The notes: generated by a model from the sequence alone, not told the origin. DNA of 64,000 nucleotides from Phycisphaerales bacterium (GCA_013140575.1 JABFSN010000074.1:4431-68430), one strand, 5' to 3'; positions 37,627 to 47,982 are shown, numbered from the stretch's first letter. Program-made: numbers and translations.

Positions 37627-40600
37627 ATGAAGAGCGAGGCGCGTGCGTTCCAGATTTTCGGCGGGCTGTTGATGGGTGCGGCGGTGTTGTTCGGCGCCCC
37701 GGCAGCGTGGGCGCAGGAGGAGGACGGCAACTCGCGTCGACCGAAAGAGGTTTCGCTGAACGGCGGGGGCATCTGGTTCTCGACGCCGTTGAATTGCACC
37801 ACGTGCAAGAGCATCGCGGGCGACCCGGCCGAGGTGTGCCCCGGCGACATCATCTCCGTTTCCTACAAGGCGCAGATGACCTCGAGCGACGACTGGGAAT
37901 CCACGGGCACAACCGTTGGGGGATTCTCCGAGATTTGCGTCAACACAGGGGATCACACGGAAAACGGAACTTACACCGAGGTGTTCACGGTCACGGCTCC
38001 TAACACTCCCGGCACGTACGACTTGTTCCTCGACGCTGAAGGCTCCAACACCGGATTGTTCAATAATTGCGAGGGCGGCACGGGGGGCGTCATCGAGTTG
38101 CTGGATGCCATTGTGGTGTCCTCGCCGAATTTGCCGCCGTGCTGCACGGCCGTGGACACCAACGACGACACCTGCGACGGCATCGACGACGACTGCGACG
38201 GCAAGACCGACGAAGACGCGGCGGACTGCGTGCCCTGCGGCGATCTGGTGGATGCGTGCATCTACCTGATGCTGGACCGGACGGGGAGCATGAATCAGGC
38301 GGGGCTGGACGCCGAAGAGGCGGCATCGGAACTGTTTCTCGGCTTTTTCGACGGCGTGGCCGACGCCCCGCCGGTGGCGATCGGGGCGTTCGGGTGCAAC
38401 GGGAGCGGCTTCCCCGCGAACGGATCGGGGCATCTGGGGTATTGCAGCGGTTTTCCCGATCGGGCGTGTACGCTGCAATCGCTGTCGGATACGGAGACGC
38501 CCGCGCCCTACGGCGACGACGACGCCATGGCCGACGCGGATCACTACGCGTTCATCGATCAGGCCACCGGAAGCATGAGCAGCGTGGGGACGCACTTCGC
38601 GTGCGCCCTGGACGTGGTGGGCACGGAACTGGTCCACGGCGCCTGTCCGGCGAACAAGCACAAGGTGTTGATTTTCCTGTCTGACGGCGGGGATCAGGAC
38701 GGGGCCAACTCGCTGACCGCGGCCGACCATCTGAAGATCGACGAAGACGTCGAGATTTTCACGATTCTGTTTCCGTCGGCGGCGGGAACGCCCACGCTGG
38801 CCGAGCAGGCGCAGATGGAGGCGATCGCCAGCGAGCCCAAGGCCACGCACTATTACCTGTCGCCGACCCCCGGCCAATTGAGCGGGATTTTCCAGTTGAT
38901 CGTCGAACAGATCGGGTGTGACGACGGCAACGATTGCACCGACGACATCTGCACCAACGGCACCTGCGATCAAACCAACAACAGCGATTCCTGCGACGAC
39001 ATGGACGCGTGCACGACGGGCGACGTGTGTTCGAACGGAGTGTGCACCGGCACACCGATGGTGTGTAACGACGGGAATGCGTGCACGGACGATTCCTGCG
39101 TGGGCGGGTCGTGCGTGTACACCAACAACACAGCCCCCTGCGACGACAGCAACGCGTGCACCACGGGGGACGTGTGTTCGGGCGGCGCCTGCGCCGGCAC
39201 GCCGGTGGTGTGCAACGACGGGAATGTGTGCACGGATGATTCCTGCGTGGGCGGGTCGTGCGTGTACACCAACAACACGGCCCCCTGCGACGACAGCAAC
39301 GCGTGCACCACGGGCGACGTGTGTTCGGGCGGCGCCTGCGCCGGCACGCCGGTGGTGTGCAACGACGGTTATGTCTGCACCGATGATTCCTGCGTGGGCG
39401 GAGCGTGCGTGTACACCAACAACACGGCTCCCTGCAACGACAGCAACGCGTGCACCACGGGCGACGTGTGTTCGGGCGGAACCTGCGCCGGCACGCCGGT
39501 GGTGTGCAACGACGGGAATGTGTGCACGGATGATTCCTGCGTGGGCGGGTCGTGCGTGTACACCAACAACACGGCCCCGTGCAACGACAGCGATGCCTGC
39601 ACCACGGGCGACGTGTGTTCGGGCGGAACCTGCGCCGGCACGCCGGTGGTGTGCAACGACGGTAATGTCTGCACGGACGATTCCTGCGTGGGCGGAGCGT
39701 GCGTGTACACCAACAACACGGCCCCGTGCAACGACAGCGATGCCTGCACCACGGGCGACGTGTGTTCGGGCGGAACCTGCGCCGGCACGCCGGTGGTGTG
39801 CAACGACGGTAATGTCTGCACCGATGATTCCTGCGTGGGCGGATCGTGCGTGTACACCAACAACACGGCCCCGTGCAACGACAGCGATGCCTGCACCACG
39901 GGCGACGTGTGTTCGGGCGGAAGCTGCGCCGGCACGCCGATGGTGTGCAACGACGGCAATGTCTGCACCGATGATTCCTGCGTGGGCGGATCGTGCGTGT
40001 ACACCAACAACACGGCCCCCTGCGACGACAGCGATGCCTGCACCACGGGGGACGTGTGTTCGGGCGGTGCCTGCGCCGGGACGCCGGTGGTGTGCAACGA
40101 TGGCAATGTGTGCACGGACGATTCCTGCGTGGGCGGGTCGTGCGTGTACACCAACAACACCGCGCCGTGCAGCGACGGCGACGCCTGCACTACGACTGAC
40201 GTGTGTTCGGGCGGTGCCTGCGCCGGGACGCCGGTGGTGTGCAACGATGGCAATGTGTGCACGGACGATTCCTGCGTGGGCGGGTCGTGCGTGTACACCA
40301 ACAACACCGCGCCGTGCAGCGACGGCGACGCCTGCACTACGGGTGACGTGTGTTCGGGCGGTGCCTGCGCCGGGACGCCGGTGGTGTGCAACGATGGCAA
40401 TGTGTGCACGGACGATTCCTGCGTGGGCGGGTCGTGCGTCTATACGAACAACACTGGTCCGTGCGACGACTTGAACGCCTGCACGACGGGCGACGTGTGT
40501 TCGGGCGGGACGTGCGCCGGCACGCCGGTGGTGTGCAACGACGGCAATGTCTGCACCGATGATTCCTGCGTGGGCGGATCGTGCGTGTACACCAACAACA

Positions 40601-42603
40601 CCGCTCCGTGCAGCGACGGTGATGCCTGCACCACGGGGGACGTGTGCTCGGGCGGGACGTGCGCCGGGTCGTCGGTGGTTTGCGACGACGGCAACGTGTG
40701 CACCGATGATTCGTGCGTGGGCGGGTCGTGCGTCTATACGAACAACACTGGCCCGTGCGACGATTTGGACGCTTGCACCACGGGTGACGTGTGTTCGGGC
40801 GGAACGTGCGCCGGGACGCCGATGGTGTGCAACGACGGGAACGTGTGCACGGACGACGCCTGCGTGGGCGGGTCGTGCGTGTATACCAACAACACCGTTC
40901 CCTGCGACGATAACGACTCCTGTACGACCGGCGATGTGTGCAACAACGGCACGTGCGGCTCGATGGCGATCATCTGCAACGACGGGAATGCATGCACGGA
41001 CGACAGCTGTCTGAACGGGTCGTGCGTGTACACGGACAACACGGCTCCATGCGACGACCTGGACCCCTGCACCACGGGCGACGTGTGTTCGGGCGGAACC
41101 TGCGCCGGGACGCCGGTGTTGGCCAACGACGGCAACGTGTGCACGGACGATTCCTGCGTGGGCGGGGTCGCCGTCTACACCAACAACACCAATCCGTGCG
41201 ATGACGGAAACGCCTGCACGACGGGCGACGTCTGTTCGGGCGGGATGTGCGCCGGATCGCCGATGGTGTGCGACGACGGGAACGTGTGTACGGACGACGC
41301 CTGCGTGGGCGGATCGTGCGTGTACACCAACAACACCGGTCCGTGCGACGACCTCGACGCGTGCACGACGGGCGACGTGTGCTCGGGCGGAGCGTGCGCC
41401 GGGACGCCGATGGTGTGCAACGACGGCAATGTGTGCACGGACGATTCCTGCGTGGGCGGGTCGTGTGTGTACACAAATAACACCGGTCCCTGCGACGACT
41501 TGGACCCGTGCACGACGGGCGACGTGTGCTCGGGCGGGACGTGCGCCGGGACGCCAATGGTGTGCAACGATGGCAACGGGTGCACGAACGATTCCTGCGT
41601 GGGCGGGTCGTGCGTGTACACCAACAACACCGGTCCCTGCGACGACCTGGACGCGTGCACCACGGGCGACGTCTGTTCGGGCGGGACGTGCGCCGGCACG
41701 CCGATGGTGTGCAACGACGGCAATGTCTGCACGGATGATTCCTGCGTGGGCGGGTCGTGCGTGTACACCAACAACACCGGTCCGTGCGACGACCTGGACG
41801 CGTGCACCACGGGCGACGTCTGTTCGGGCGGAATCTGCGCGGGAACGCCGATGGTGTGCAACGACGGAAACGCGTGCACGGACGATTCCTGCGTGGGCGG
41901 CTCGTGCGTGTTCACCAACAACACGGCACCGTGCAACGACGGAAACGCCTGCACGACGGGTGACGTGTGTTCGGGCGGGTCGTGCGCCGGCACGCCCATG
42001 GTGTGCAACGACGGCAATGTGTGCACGAACGATTCCTGCGTGGGCGGGTCGTGCGTGTTCACCAACAACACCAATCCCTGCACCGACGGAAATCTGTGCA
42101 CCACCGGAGACGTGTGCGCCGGCGGGACGTGCGCGGGGACGCCGGTGAACTGTTCGGCGTTGAACAACGATTGCAACGTTGGTACCTGCAGTCCGAACAC
42201 GGGCACCTGCGTGGCGCAACCGGCGAACGATAACGGCCCGTGTAACGACGCAAACTCGTGCACGCTGGGCGATCACTGCCTGGCCGGTGCCTGCGTGTTC
42301 AATTCCGTCAAGGACTGCGGCGGGATGAACACCGACTGCAAGTCCTTCGCATGCGCGCCGCTGGGCTCCCCGAGCAATTGCAGCGTCGTTACGGCGCACA
42401 CCGGTCAGACGTGTGACGACGGCGACAGTTGCACCGATCCGGATGCGTGCACGGCCCAGGGGGTGTGCGACGGCTTGCCGATCCCGCAGTGCAGGCCGGA
42501 CGTGCCGACGGTGTCGCAGTGGGGCCTGCTGGTGCTGCTGCTGGGCGGAATGTCGATGGGCACGATCCTGTTCGGACGGCGCTCGCGAACGGCTGCCGAA
42601 TAG
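37627..42603 (+). CDS. vWA domain adhesin with 22 Cys-rich repeats and IPTL-CTERM anchor
   Basis: Signal AWA-Q; MIDAS-like LDRTGSM, GTHFACAL, IFLSDG, IFTI; tandem repeats; VPTVSQWGLLVLLLGGMSMGTILFGRR. Confidence 0.85.
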   Translation: MKSEARAFQIFGGLLMGAAVLFGAPAAWAQEEDGNSRRPKEVSLNGGGIWFSTPLNCTTCKSIAGDPAEVCPGDIISVSYKAQMTSSDDWESTGTTVGGFSEICVNTGDHTENGTYTEVFTVTAPNTPGTYDLFLDAEGSNTGLFNNCEGGTGGVIELLDAIVVSSPNLPPCCTAVDTNDDTCDGIDDDCDGKTDEDAADCVPCGDLVDACIYLMLDRTGSMNQAGLDAEEAASELFLGFFDGVADAPPVAIGAFGCNGSGFPANGSGHLGYCSGFPDRACTLQSLSDTETPAPYGDDDAMADADHYAFIDQATGSMSSVGTHFACALDVVGTELVHGACPANKHKVLIFLSDGGDQDGANSLTAADHLKIDEDVEIFTILFPSAAGTPTLAEQAQMEAIASEPKATHYYLSPTPGQLSGIFQLIVEQIGCDDGNDCTDDICTNGTCDQTNNSDSCDDMDACTTGDVCSNGVCTGTPMVCNDGNACTDDSCVGGSCVYTNNTAPCDDSNACTTGDVCSGGACAGTPVVCNDGNVCTDDSCVGGSCVYTNNTAPCDDSNACTTGDVCSGGACAGTPVVCNDGYVCTDDSCVGGACVYTNNTAPCNDSNACTTGDVCSGGTCAGTPVVCNDGNVCTDDSCVGGSCVYTNNTAPCNDSDACTTGDVCSGGTCAGTPVVCNDGNVCTDDSCVGGACVYTNNTAPCNDSDACTTGDVCSGGTCAGTPVVCNDGNVCTDDSCVGGSCVYTNNTAPCNDSDACTTGDVCSGGSCAGTPMVCNDGNVCTDDSCVGGSCVYTNNTAPCDDSDACTTGDVCSGGACAGTPVVCNDGNVCTDDSCVGGSCVYTNNTAPCSDGDACTTTDVCSGGACAGTPVVCNDGNVCTDDSCVGGSCVYTNNTAPCSDGDACTTGDVCSGGACAGTPVVCNDGNVCTDDSCVGGSCVYTNNTGPCDDLNACTTGDVCSGGTCAGTPVVCNDGNVCTDDSCVGGSCVYTNNTAPCSDGDACTTGDVCSGGTCAGSSVVCDDGNVCTDDSCVGGSCVYTNNTGPCDDLDACTTGDVCSGGTCAGTPMVCNDGNVCTDDACVGGSCVYTNNTVPCDDNDSCTTGDVCNNGTCGSMAIICNDGNACTDDSCLNGSCVYTDNTAPCDDLDPCTTGDVCSGGTCAGTPVLANDGNVCTDDSCVGGVAVYTNNTNPCDDGNACTTGDVCSGGMCAGSPMVCDDGNVCTDDACVGGSCVYTNNTGPCDDLDACTTGDVCSGGACAGTPMVCNDGNVCTDDSCVGGSCVYTNNTGPCDDLDPCTTGDVCSGGTCAGTPMVCNDGNGCTNDSCVGGSCVYTNNTGPCDDLDACTTGDVCSGGTCAGTPMVCNDGNVCTDDSCVGGSCVYTNNTGPCDDLDACTTGDVCSGGICAGTPMVCNDGNACTDDSCVGGSCVFTNNTAPCNDGNACTTGDVCSGGSCAGTPMVCNDGNVCTNDSCVGGSCVFTNNTNPCTDGNLCTTGDVCAGGTCAGTPVNCSALNNDCNVGTCSPNTGTCVAQPANDNGPCNDANSCTLGDHCLAGACVFNSVKDCGGMNTDCKSFACAPLGSPSNCSVVTAHTGQTCDDGDSCTDPDACTAQGVCDGLPIPQCRPDVPTVSQWGLLVLLLGGMSMGTILFGRRSRTAAE
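38917..42150 (+). repeat. Intragenic tandem array, 22 x 147 bp (49 aa)
   Basis: Consensus CNDGNVCTDDSCVGGSCVYTNNTAPCxDxxACTTGDVCSGGxCAGTPxV; 22 x 147 = 3234 bp matches the span exactly; resembles Dictyostelium-type CTDC repeats. Confidence 0.95.
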
Positions 42604-42652
42604 GCCGCCCGCCGCGGTGACGTCGTGCGGCATCGACTCGTTCTGATCATTC

Positions 42653-42689
42653 AGACACGCGCTCCGGTTGGGCGCGTGTCTTTCTTTTT
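42653..42689 (+). terminator. Rho-independent terminator of the surface-protein cluster
   Basis: agacacgcgc-tccggttgg-gcgcgtgtct followed by ttcttttt. Confidence 0.8.
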
Positions 42690-42943
42690 AGTGGCTTGCC
42701 CGCCGCGAGCGTCCTGTGACCGGGATTGACCCCCAAAATCCGAAGACCGCGTTGGACGACCAGCGTGACTTCGGCGCTGACGGACGGCGCGGTTCGATCT
42801 TGGTCCAGCGAATGGGCGATCCGATGCGCGAATAGTGAATGCCACCGATCGGGGAACCGTTTTCACGAAAAAAAACAATCACGTGATTGGCCCGCGCGAC
42901 CCAGGAAAGCCCGTTCAAACACGTTTCCGATGGGAATGGCTGA

Positions 42944-44278
42944 TTACCGCATTTGCCCGTCGGACTCCTGACGTGCCATCTGGTGGAACTCCCGCGCGCT
43001 CAGCAGGCACAAGCCGCATCCCACCCCCCACACGCCCCAACCCATGGCCTGCGCCAGCCCCACGCCGAGGAACGGCCCCACGATTGCCCGGATGCCGGTC
43101 AGCGACATGTGCACCCCCAGGTATAGTTCCGCGTCGCCGCCGCTTGAAAAATGCAGGTGCCCCAGGTTCCACGCCAACGACGCCCCGCCCCGTTGCACGC
43201 CGTGGGCGACCCCCCGCAGCGCGAACAACAACGCCGCCAGCGGAAACGCGATCGCCTCCCGCACACCACCCTCGCCGGTCACAGCGATCGTCGCCACCAT
43301 GCCGAAGATCATCCCCACCGCCGCCGCCAGACTGGTGTACACGCGGAACCGAGGCAGCGGCACGCGATCGAAAAACGGCCCCCACCGCCGAAGGCTCCCG
43401 AACGTCGCCACCTGCGGAATGACCTCCACCAGCACCGCGCTGATCCAGTAATAGGCAAATGTCTCGTCCAGCGTGATCACCATCACCGGGACCACCATGT
43501 GCACGCCGATCCCCAGCAGCATCTGCGCCACCAGATAGCGCGTGAACGCGGCGTCGCCGCGCAGAATCCGCCATGCCCGCGCCAGCACACTGATCGGCCA
43601 CAACGCCTCCCACAGACCCATGCGCTCCAGCGCCTCGTCTTCGGTCGTGCGCCCCGCCCCGGCCAATTCCGACTTCTCATGCCGTACGCGCATTTTCCGA
43701 AGCAGAATCACCGCCACCACCCCGGCCAGCCCGGTTGCCGCGTAGGTGGCTCGATACCAGTTCGGATCCAGATCGAACAACGCGGGCAGCAGCAGCAACG
43801 TCACCACCCCGGCCAGCATCCGCAGCGCCTGCAACCGCGCCGTAATCAACCCCCGCGCCCGAACCGGATAATTCCGCTTCCACAACGCGCCGCGCAACGT
43901 GACCACGCCGCACAGGAACACCTGGGCCAGCGCCATCTGGATGACGAACAGAATCCCGCCCCACTCCGTCCGTGGAACCAGCGCCACCGACATCACGCAG
44001 ATGGCCGTCCCGGCGCAGTACAGCATCGACAGCCGCAGCTTCGGCCGGCCTACCGAAATCATCCCGAACGCCATGCTCAGAAACAGCGCCCCGACGGGTG
44101 TGGCCGACGCCGTCGCGACCAGCAAATCGCCCCCCCGAAACGTCTTGGCCACAACGATGGCCGACAGGTTCCCTTCCACCACGCCGGTCAGCAAACCCCA
44201 TGGAATCAGATGCAGGAATTCGTAGTAGTAGTTCCGGCGGGCAAGATACGGCAGGTTGCGAACGCCCAGCAGATCCAA
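42944..44278 (-). CDS. MFS-type transporter
   Basis: About 12 hydrophobic segments; WKRNYPVRARG, WGPFFDR, YLGVHMSLTGIRAIVGPFLG. Confidence 0.8.
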   Translation of the reverse strand: MDLLGVRNLPYLARRNYYYEFLHLIPWGLLTGVVEGNLSAIVVAKTFRGGDLLVATASATPVGALFLSMAFGMISVGRPKLRLSMLYCAGTAICVMSVALVPRTEWGGILFVIQMALAQVFLCGVVTLRGALWKRNYPVRARGLITARLQALRMLAGVVTLLLLPALFDLDPNWYRATYAATGLAGVVAVILLRKMRVRHEKSELAGAGRTTEDEALERMGLWEALWPISVLARAWRILRGDAAFTRYLVAQMLLGIGVHMVVPVMVITLDETFAYYWISAVLVEVIPQVATFGSLRRWGPFFDRVPLPRFRVYTSLAAAVGMIFGMVATIAVTGEGGVREAIAFPLAALLFALRGVAHGVQRGGASLAWNLGHLHFSSGGDAELYLGVHMSLTGIRAIVGPFLGVGLAQAMGWGVWGVGCGLCLLSAREFHQMARQESDGQMR

Positions 44279-44511
44279 CGTGATTCACCGCCTCCACGGC
44301 CAATTCGCGGACGTTAGACGACGCATCCGTGCCCCGCAATGCCCGCAGCGTCAATCGGCGGCAGGTCGTACCGGATGACCCATCATGCGTCGGCTGACAT
44401 GGCCTACGCTCGCGTGGCCACCAGTATGGGCGTGGACGATGTCGTACGGCCGAATCATTTGCCTGTCGTCGTACTTCGGTTATCTTCCCCTCGATCGGGC
44501 GCCTTGGCCAG

Positions 44512-46545
44512 ATGGCCCATCGCTTTAGCGATGGGGGACGTCGGCTCTGCTTGCCCTTCTGTGCGGAGGCGGTGTATCGAGGTGATGGACCAAACGTGTT
44601 GACGTCGTCGAACAACCCGCTGGTGAAACGGAGCCCTTCGAGGCGACTGCTGCCGGTTGCCATCCTCGTCGTCGGCGCCGGCTGGGTCTGGGCGCAAACC
44701 AATGTGCCGCCGTCCGGTCAAAACCAAACATCGACCGACGCGACCGCCGATCCATCCCCACCACCGCGCATCGCTGTCACCACCGTTGACAAGGGCGACC
44801 CCGCCGCCATCGGTCTGATCGCCCCGGCCGTTGCGCGTCCGCAGGAAAAATACGGTTGGTTCGTCGTCGCTCCGGCCGTCATCGCCATCGTCCTGGCCAT
44901 TCTGATGCGTTCGGCGGCGGCGGCGCTTTCCATCGGCGTCATCGTCGGCGGCTACATGATGGTCCCCTGCCTGCCTCCGGACCAGCGCATTTCCGACAGT
45001 TACCTCATTGCCGGCGTCCGCGTGGCCCTCGAACGCTACATGGTCAACGCTTTCATCGAACCCGACGAACTTAAAATCAAGGGCCACGTGATGATCGTGT
45101 TGTTCACGCTCACCATCGGCGCCCTCATCGGCGTCATCAACGCCAACGGCGGCACTCGGGCGATGGTCAATCGCGTCGCACGCTTCGCGGCCGGTCCACG
45201 GCGAGCTCAACTCGCGACCTGGTTCGCCGGGCTGATCGTCTTTTTCGACGACTACGCCAATTCCATGATCATCGGTCCCACCATGCAACCCATGTACGAC
45301 CGCCTCCGGGTATCGCGGGCCAAACTCTCCTACATCGTCGACTCGACGGCGGCACCCGTCGCGTCCGTCGCCCTCGTCGGCACCTGGCTCGGCACCGAAC
45401 TGGCCTACATTCAGGACGGCCTCAACATCGTGGCCGATTCCGCTGGCGGCACGCCGGCTTTTCTCGCCGAAATCAGCTCCATGGACGCCTTCTTGTACAG
45501 CATCCCCTATCGTTTTTATGCGATCCTGGCGTTGTGGTTCGTGCTCATCGTCGCCCTGACCGGCCGCGACTTTGGGCCCATGCTCCGCGCCGAATCGCTC
45601 GCCCTCGGCGGCGGACTCGCCGACGAAAAGGGCGCGGACTCGACCGCCAGGAAATCCTACGCCTCGCTCGCCGCCATCCCCATTATCGTCTTGCTCGTTG
45701 TGACCGTCGGCCTACTCTACCTCACCGGCGTCGCGGGAATGTCGGCCGCGGAAAAGGCCTCGGACCTGGAACTCTTCGATCTTATTCAGGCCATTCTCAG
45801 CCATGCCAATTCCTACATCGCCATCTGGTACGGCGCCATCAGCGCCCTCCTCGTCGCACTGCTCCTGACGTTCCTGACCCGGGCCTGCCCCTTCGGAACG
45901 GCCATGGACGGCGCCCTCGACGGCGTCGCCAAAATGATGCCCGCGATGGTCATCCTGCTGCTCGCGTGGTCTTTGTCGGCCGTATCCAAGGACCTCAAAC
46001 TCGGCGACGTGCTCAACTCCCACCTGATCCGCCAGGACATCACCTGGTTCGGGTTCAGCCCCGCCGTCCTGTTGCCCGCACTCGTCTTCCTGTCAGCGGC
46101 CGGCACTTCCTTTGCCACCGGGTCTTCGTGGGCCACGATGGGCTTGCTGACCCCCGTCACCGTACACGTCGCCGCCGGAATCGGCGCCTCCATGACCCCC
46201 ACCGACGCGACGGCCATGTTCTACGCCTCGGTCGGCAGCGTCCTGGCCGGTTCCGTCTTCGGCGATCATTGCTCCCCCATCAGCGACACCACAGTGCTGT
46301 CGGCCGTCGCCAGCGGCTGTTCCGTCGAGGAACACACCTGGACCCAGCTTCCCTACGCCCTGATCACCGCAGTCGTCTCACTGTTGGCCGGCAGCGTGTA
46401 TTGCGCGTGGTTCGGCACGCCACCTTGGATCGGCATGGTATTCGGCGCTGGCATCCTGTTGCTCATCGTCCTGATCTTCGGCCGAAAACCGCAGGCCCCG
46501 CCGCCGCACATCCACGCTGACCGAATCGACCGCCGAATGGCGTAG
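44512..46545 (+). CDS. Na+/H+ antiporter NhaC family protein
   Basis: FFDDYAN, RAKLSYIVDSTAAP, SFATGSSWATM, GSVFGDHCSPISDTTVLS, HTWTQLPYA; true start probably near 44596. Confidence 0.9.
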   Translation: MAHRFSDGGRRLCLPFCAEAVYRGDGPNVLTSSNNPLVKRSPSRRLLPVAILVVGAGWVWAQTNVPPSGQNQTSTDATADPSPPPRIAVTTVDKGDPAAIGLIAPAVARPQEKYGWFVVAPAVIAIVLAILMRSAAAALSIGVIVGGYMMVPCLPPDQRISDSYLIAGVRVALERYMVNAFIEPDELKIKGHVMIVLFTLTIGALIGVINANGGTRAMVNRVARFAAGPRRAQLATWFAGLIVFFDDYANSMIIGPTMQPMYDRLRVSRAKLSYIVDSTAAPVASVALVGTWLGTELAYIQDGLNIVADSAGGTPAFLAEISSMDAFLYSIPYRFYAILALWFVLIVALTGRDFGPMLRAESLALGGGLADEKGADSTARKSYASLAAIPIIVLLVVTVGLLYLTGVAGMSAAEKASDLELFDLIQAILSHANSYIAIWYGAISALLVALLLTFLTRACPFGTAMDGALDGVAKMMPAMVILLLAWSLSAVSKDLKLGDVLNSHLIRQDITWFGFSPAVLLPALVFLSAAGTSFATGSSWATMGLLTPVTVHVAAGIGASMTPTDATAMFYASVGSVLAGSVFGDHCSPISDTTVLSAVASGCSVEEHTWTQLPYALITAVVSLLAGSVYCAWFGTPPWIGMVFGAGILLLIVLIFGRKPQAPPPHIHADRIDRRMA

Positions 46546-46751
46546 TTGCCGAGTTGCGGGCTCGCGGTTTCGCTGTCTGTGTTCCCCAACCGCGGCCGTA
46601 TTGACCGTCCCACGTCCTTGCCCTACGATCGGCGACTCGTTCGTCGCGCGGCATTGCTCGTTGTTCGCCGCGTCTTCGTCGTTCGCTCCTGCGGCGAGAA
46701 ACGGCATGGGTGTGTGGACCGCGTGACCGCGCGGCGCATTGAAGAGGTTGC

Positions 46752-46979
46752 ATGGCCAAGACTGAAAGCATCGAAGCCCAGGGCGTGGTGGTGAAGGCGT
46801 TGCCCAACGCCATGTTCATGGTCGAAATTCCCCTCGGCGCCGAAAAACACGAAATCCTCTGCACCATCGCCGGCAAAATGCGAAAATACTACATCCGCAT
46901 CCTGCCCGGCGACGAGGTGACGGTCGAACTTTCAGCCTACGACCTCAAACGGGGCCGCATCACCTACCGCAAACGTTAA
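46752..46979 (+). CDS. infA: Translation initiation factor IF-1
   Basis: [22 protein letters not shown]...[33 protein letters not shown]. Confidence 0.97.
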   Translation: MAKTESIEAQGVVVKALPNAMFMVEIPLGAEKHEILCTIAGKMRKYYIRILPGDEVTVELSAYDLKRGRITYRKR

Positions 46980-47043
46980 CCCGAGCCCCGGCGCTGCTCG
47001 CCGTCCGGATGGTGCCGCTGACGTGCTTGCGCGCCGCCGGTCA

Positions 47044-47982
47044 TTACCCGTCGCGCTGACCGAACGCATCCGCGGCCAACAACGCCGCCCCCACGACGCC
47101 GGCGCAGTCCCCCAAACCCGCCAACTGAACGGCCATGCCCTGCGGAATCAGCGTGCTGTCCGAATCGGCCGCGATCGACGCCGCCCGGCGGATCAACGAC
47201 GGGCACGCGCCGGTCACGCCGCCGCCCGCGACCAGCAATTCGATCGCGTAAATGTGCGCCACGGTGATCATCCCGATCGAAAGATACCGGGCGGCCCATT
47301 CGATCAGCTCCGCGGCCGCGGCGTCCCCCTCCTGAAACGCCGGTTCCACCTGGTTCAAGCCCTCGGCGAATCCGGCGGCCTCGGCGGCGATGTTCAACGC
47401 CGGGCCGGCCACGTAAGCTTCCAGACACCCCGTGGCCCCGCACGCGCAACGCCGAGCGTCGGCCGACGTGTCGCACGGCAAATGCCCCAAATGCCCCGCC
47501 GACCCGTGCGTGTGCCGCATTACCTGGCCGTCAAGGATGACCGCCGCCCCGATACCCGTGCCGATGGTCAGATAGCCGAATCGTTTGGTTTGACGTTGCC
47601 GAACGCAGAATTCGCCCCAAGCGGCCGCCACCGCGTCACTGTCCATCACCGTCTTCAACCCCGTCCGCTCGACCAGCATGTCACGCAGCGGCAGACCCAC
47701 GACCGACGGCACGTTGACGGCGTGCAGCACCGTCGATCGCGTCGGATCGAGAATCCCCGGAACGCCCACCCCAACGGCCGACGGATCCTCGGCCGCGTCA
47801 ATCTCGCCGCGGCAGATGCCGTAGGCCTCTTCGAGCCAGTTAATCAACGCATCGCCGTCATCCCGCGGCGTCGGCGCCTGGCGGTCGGACTGCACCCGGC
47901 CAAACGCATCGACGATCGCCAACCGCATGGTGGAACCGCCGATGTCGATGCCGACGAAGGTTGCGGACCCGGTTTCGGACAT
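47044..47982 (-). CDS. ROK family sugar kinase (glucokinase-like)
   Basis: GIDIGGS, GVGVPG, TIGTGIG, GHLGH, CACGATGCLEAY. Confidence 0.9.
   Translation of the reverse strand: MSETGSATFVGIDIGGSTMRLAIVDAFGRVQSDRQAPTPRDDGDALINWLEEAYGICRGEIDAAEDPSAVGVGVPGILDPTRSTVLHAVNVPSVVGLPLRDMLVERTGLKTVMDSDAVAAAWGEFCVRQRQTKRFGYLTIGTGIGAAVILDGQVMRHTHGSAGHLGHLPCDTSADARRCACGATGCLEAYVAGPALNIAAEAAGFAEGLNQVEPAFQEGDAAAAELIEWAARYLSIGMITVAHIYAIELLVAGGGVTGACPSLIRRAASIAADSDSTLIPQGMAVQLAGLGDCAGVVGAALLAADAFGQRDG

Noticed and set aside
38917-42150. Tandem array considered as CRISPR or ncRNA array
   Set aside because: The units are contiguous, in-frame coding repeats with no unique spacers, and there are no cas genes.
37393-42633. 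1746-aa minus-strand ORF and other alternative-frame ORFs over the repeat gene
   Set aside because: These are antisense shadows of a GC-rich repetitive gene. The plus frame has a signal peptide, vWA motif, anchor and paired Cys conservation.
42876-42889. Perfect palindrome CAATCACGTGATTG as a parS site for the orphan ParB
   Set aside because: Only the TCACGTGA core matches the TGTTTCACGTGAAACA consensus. It is a single copy about 32 kb from the ParB gene.
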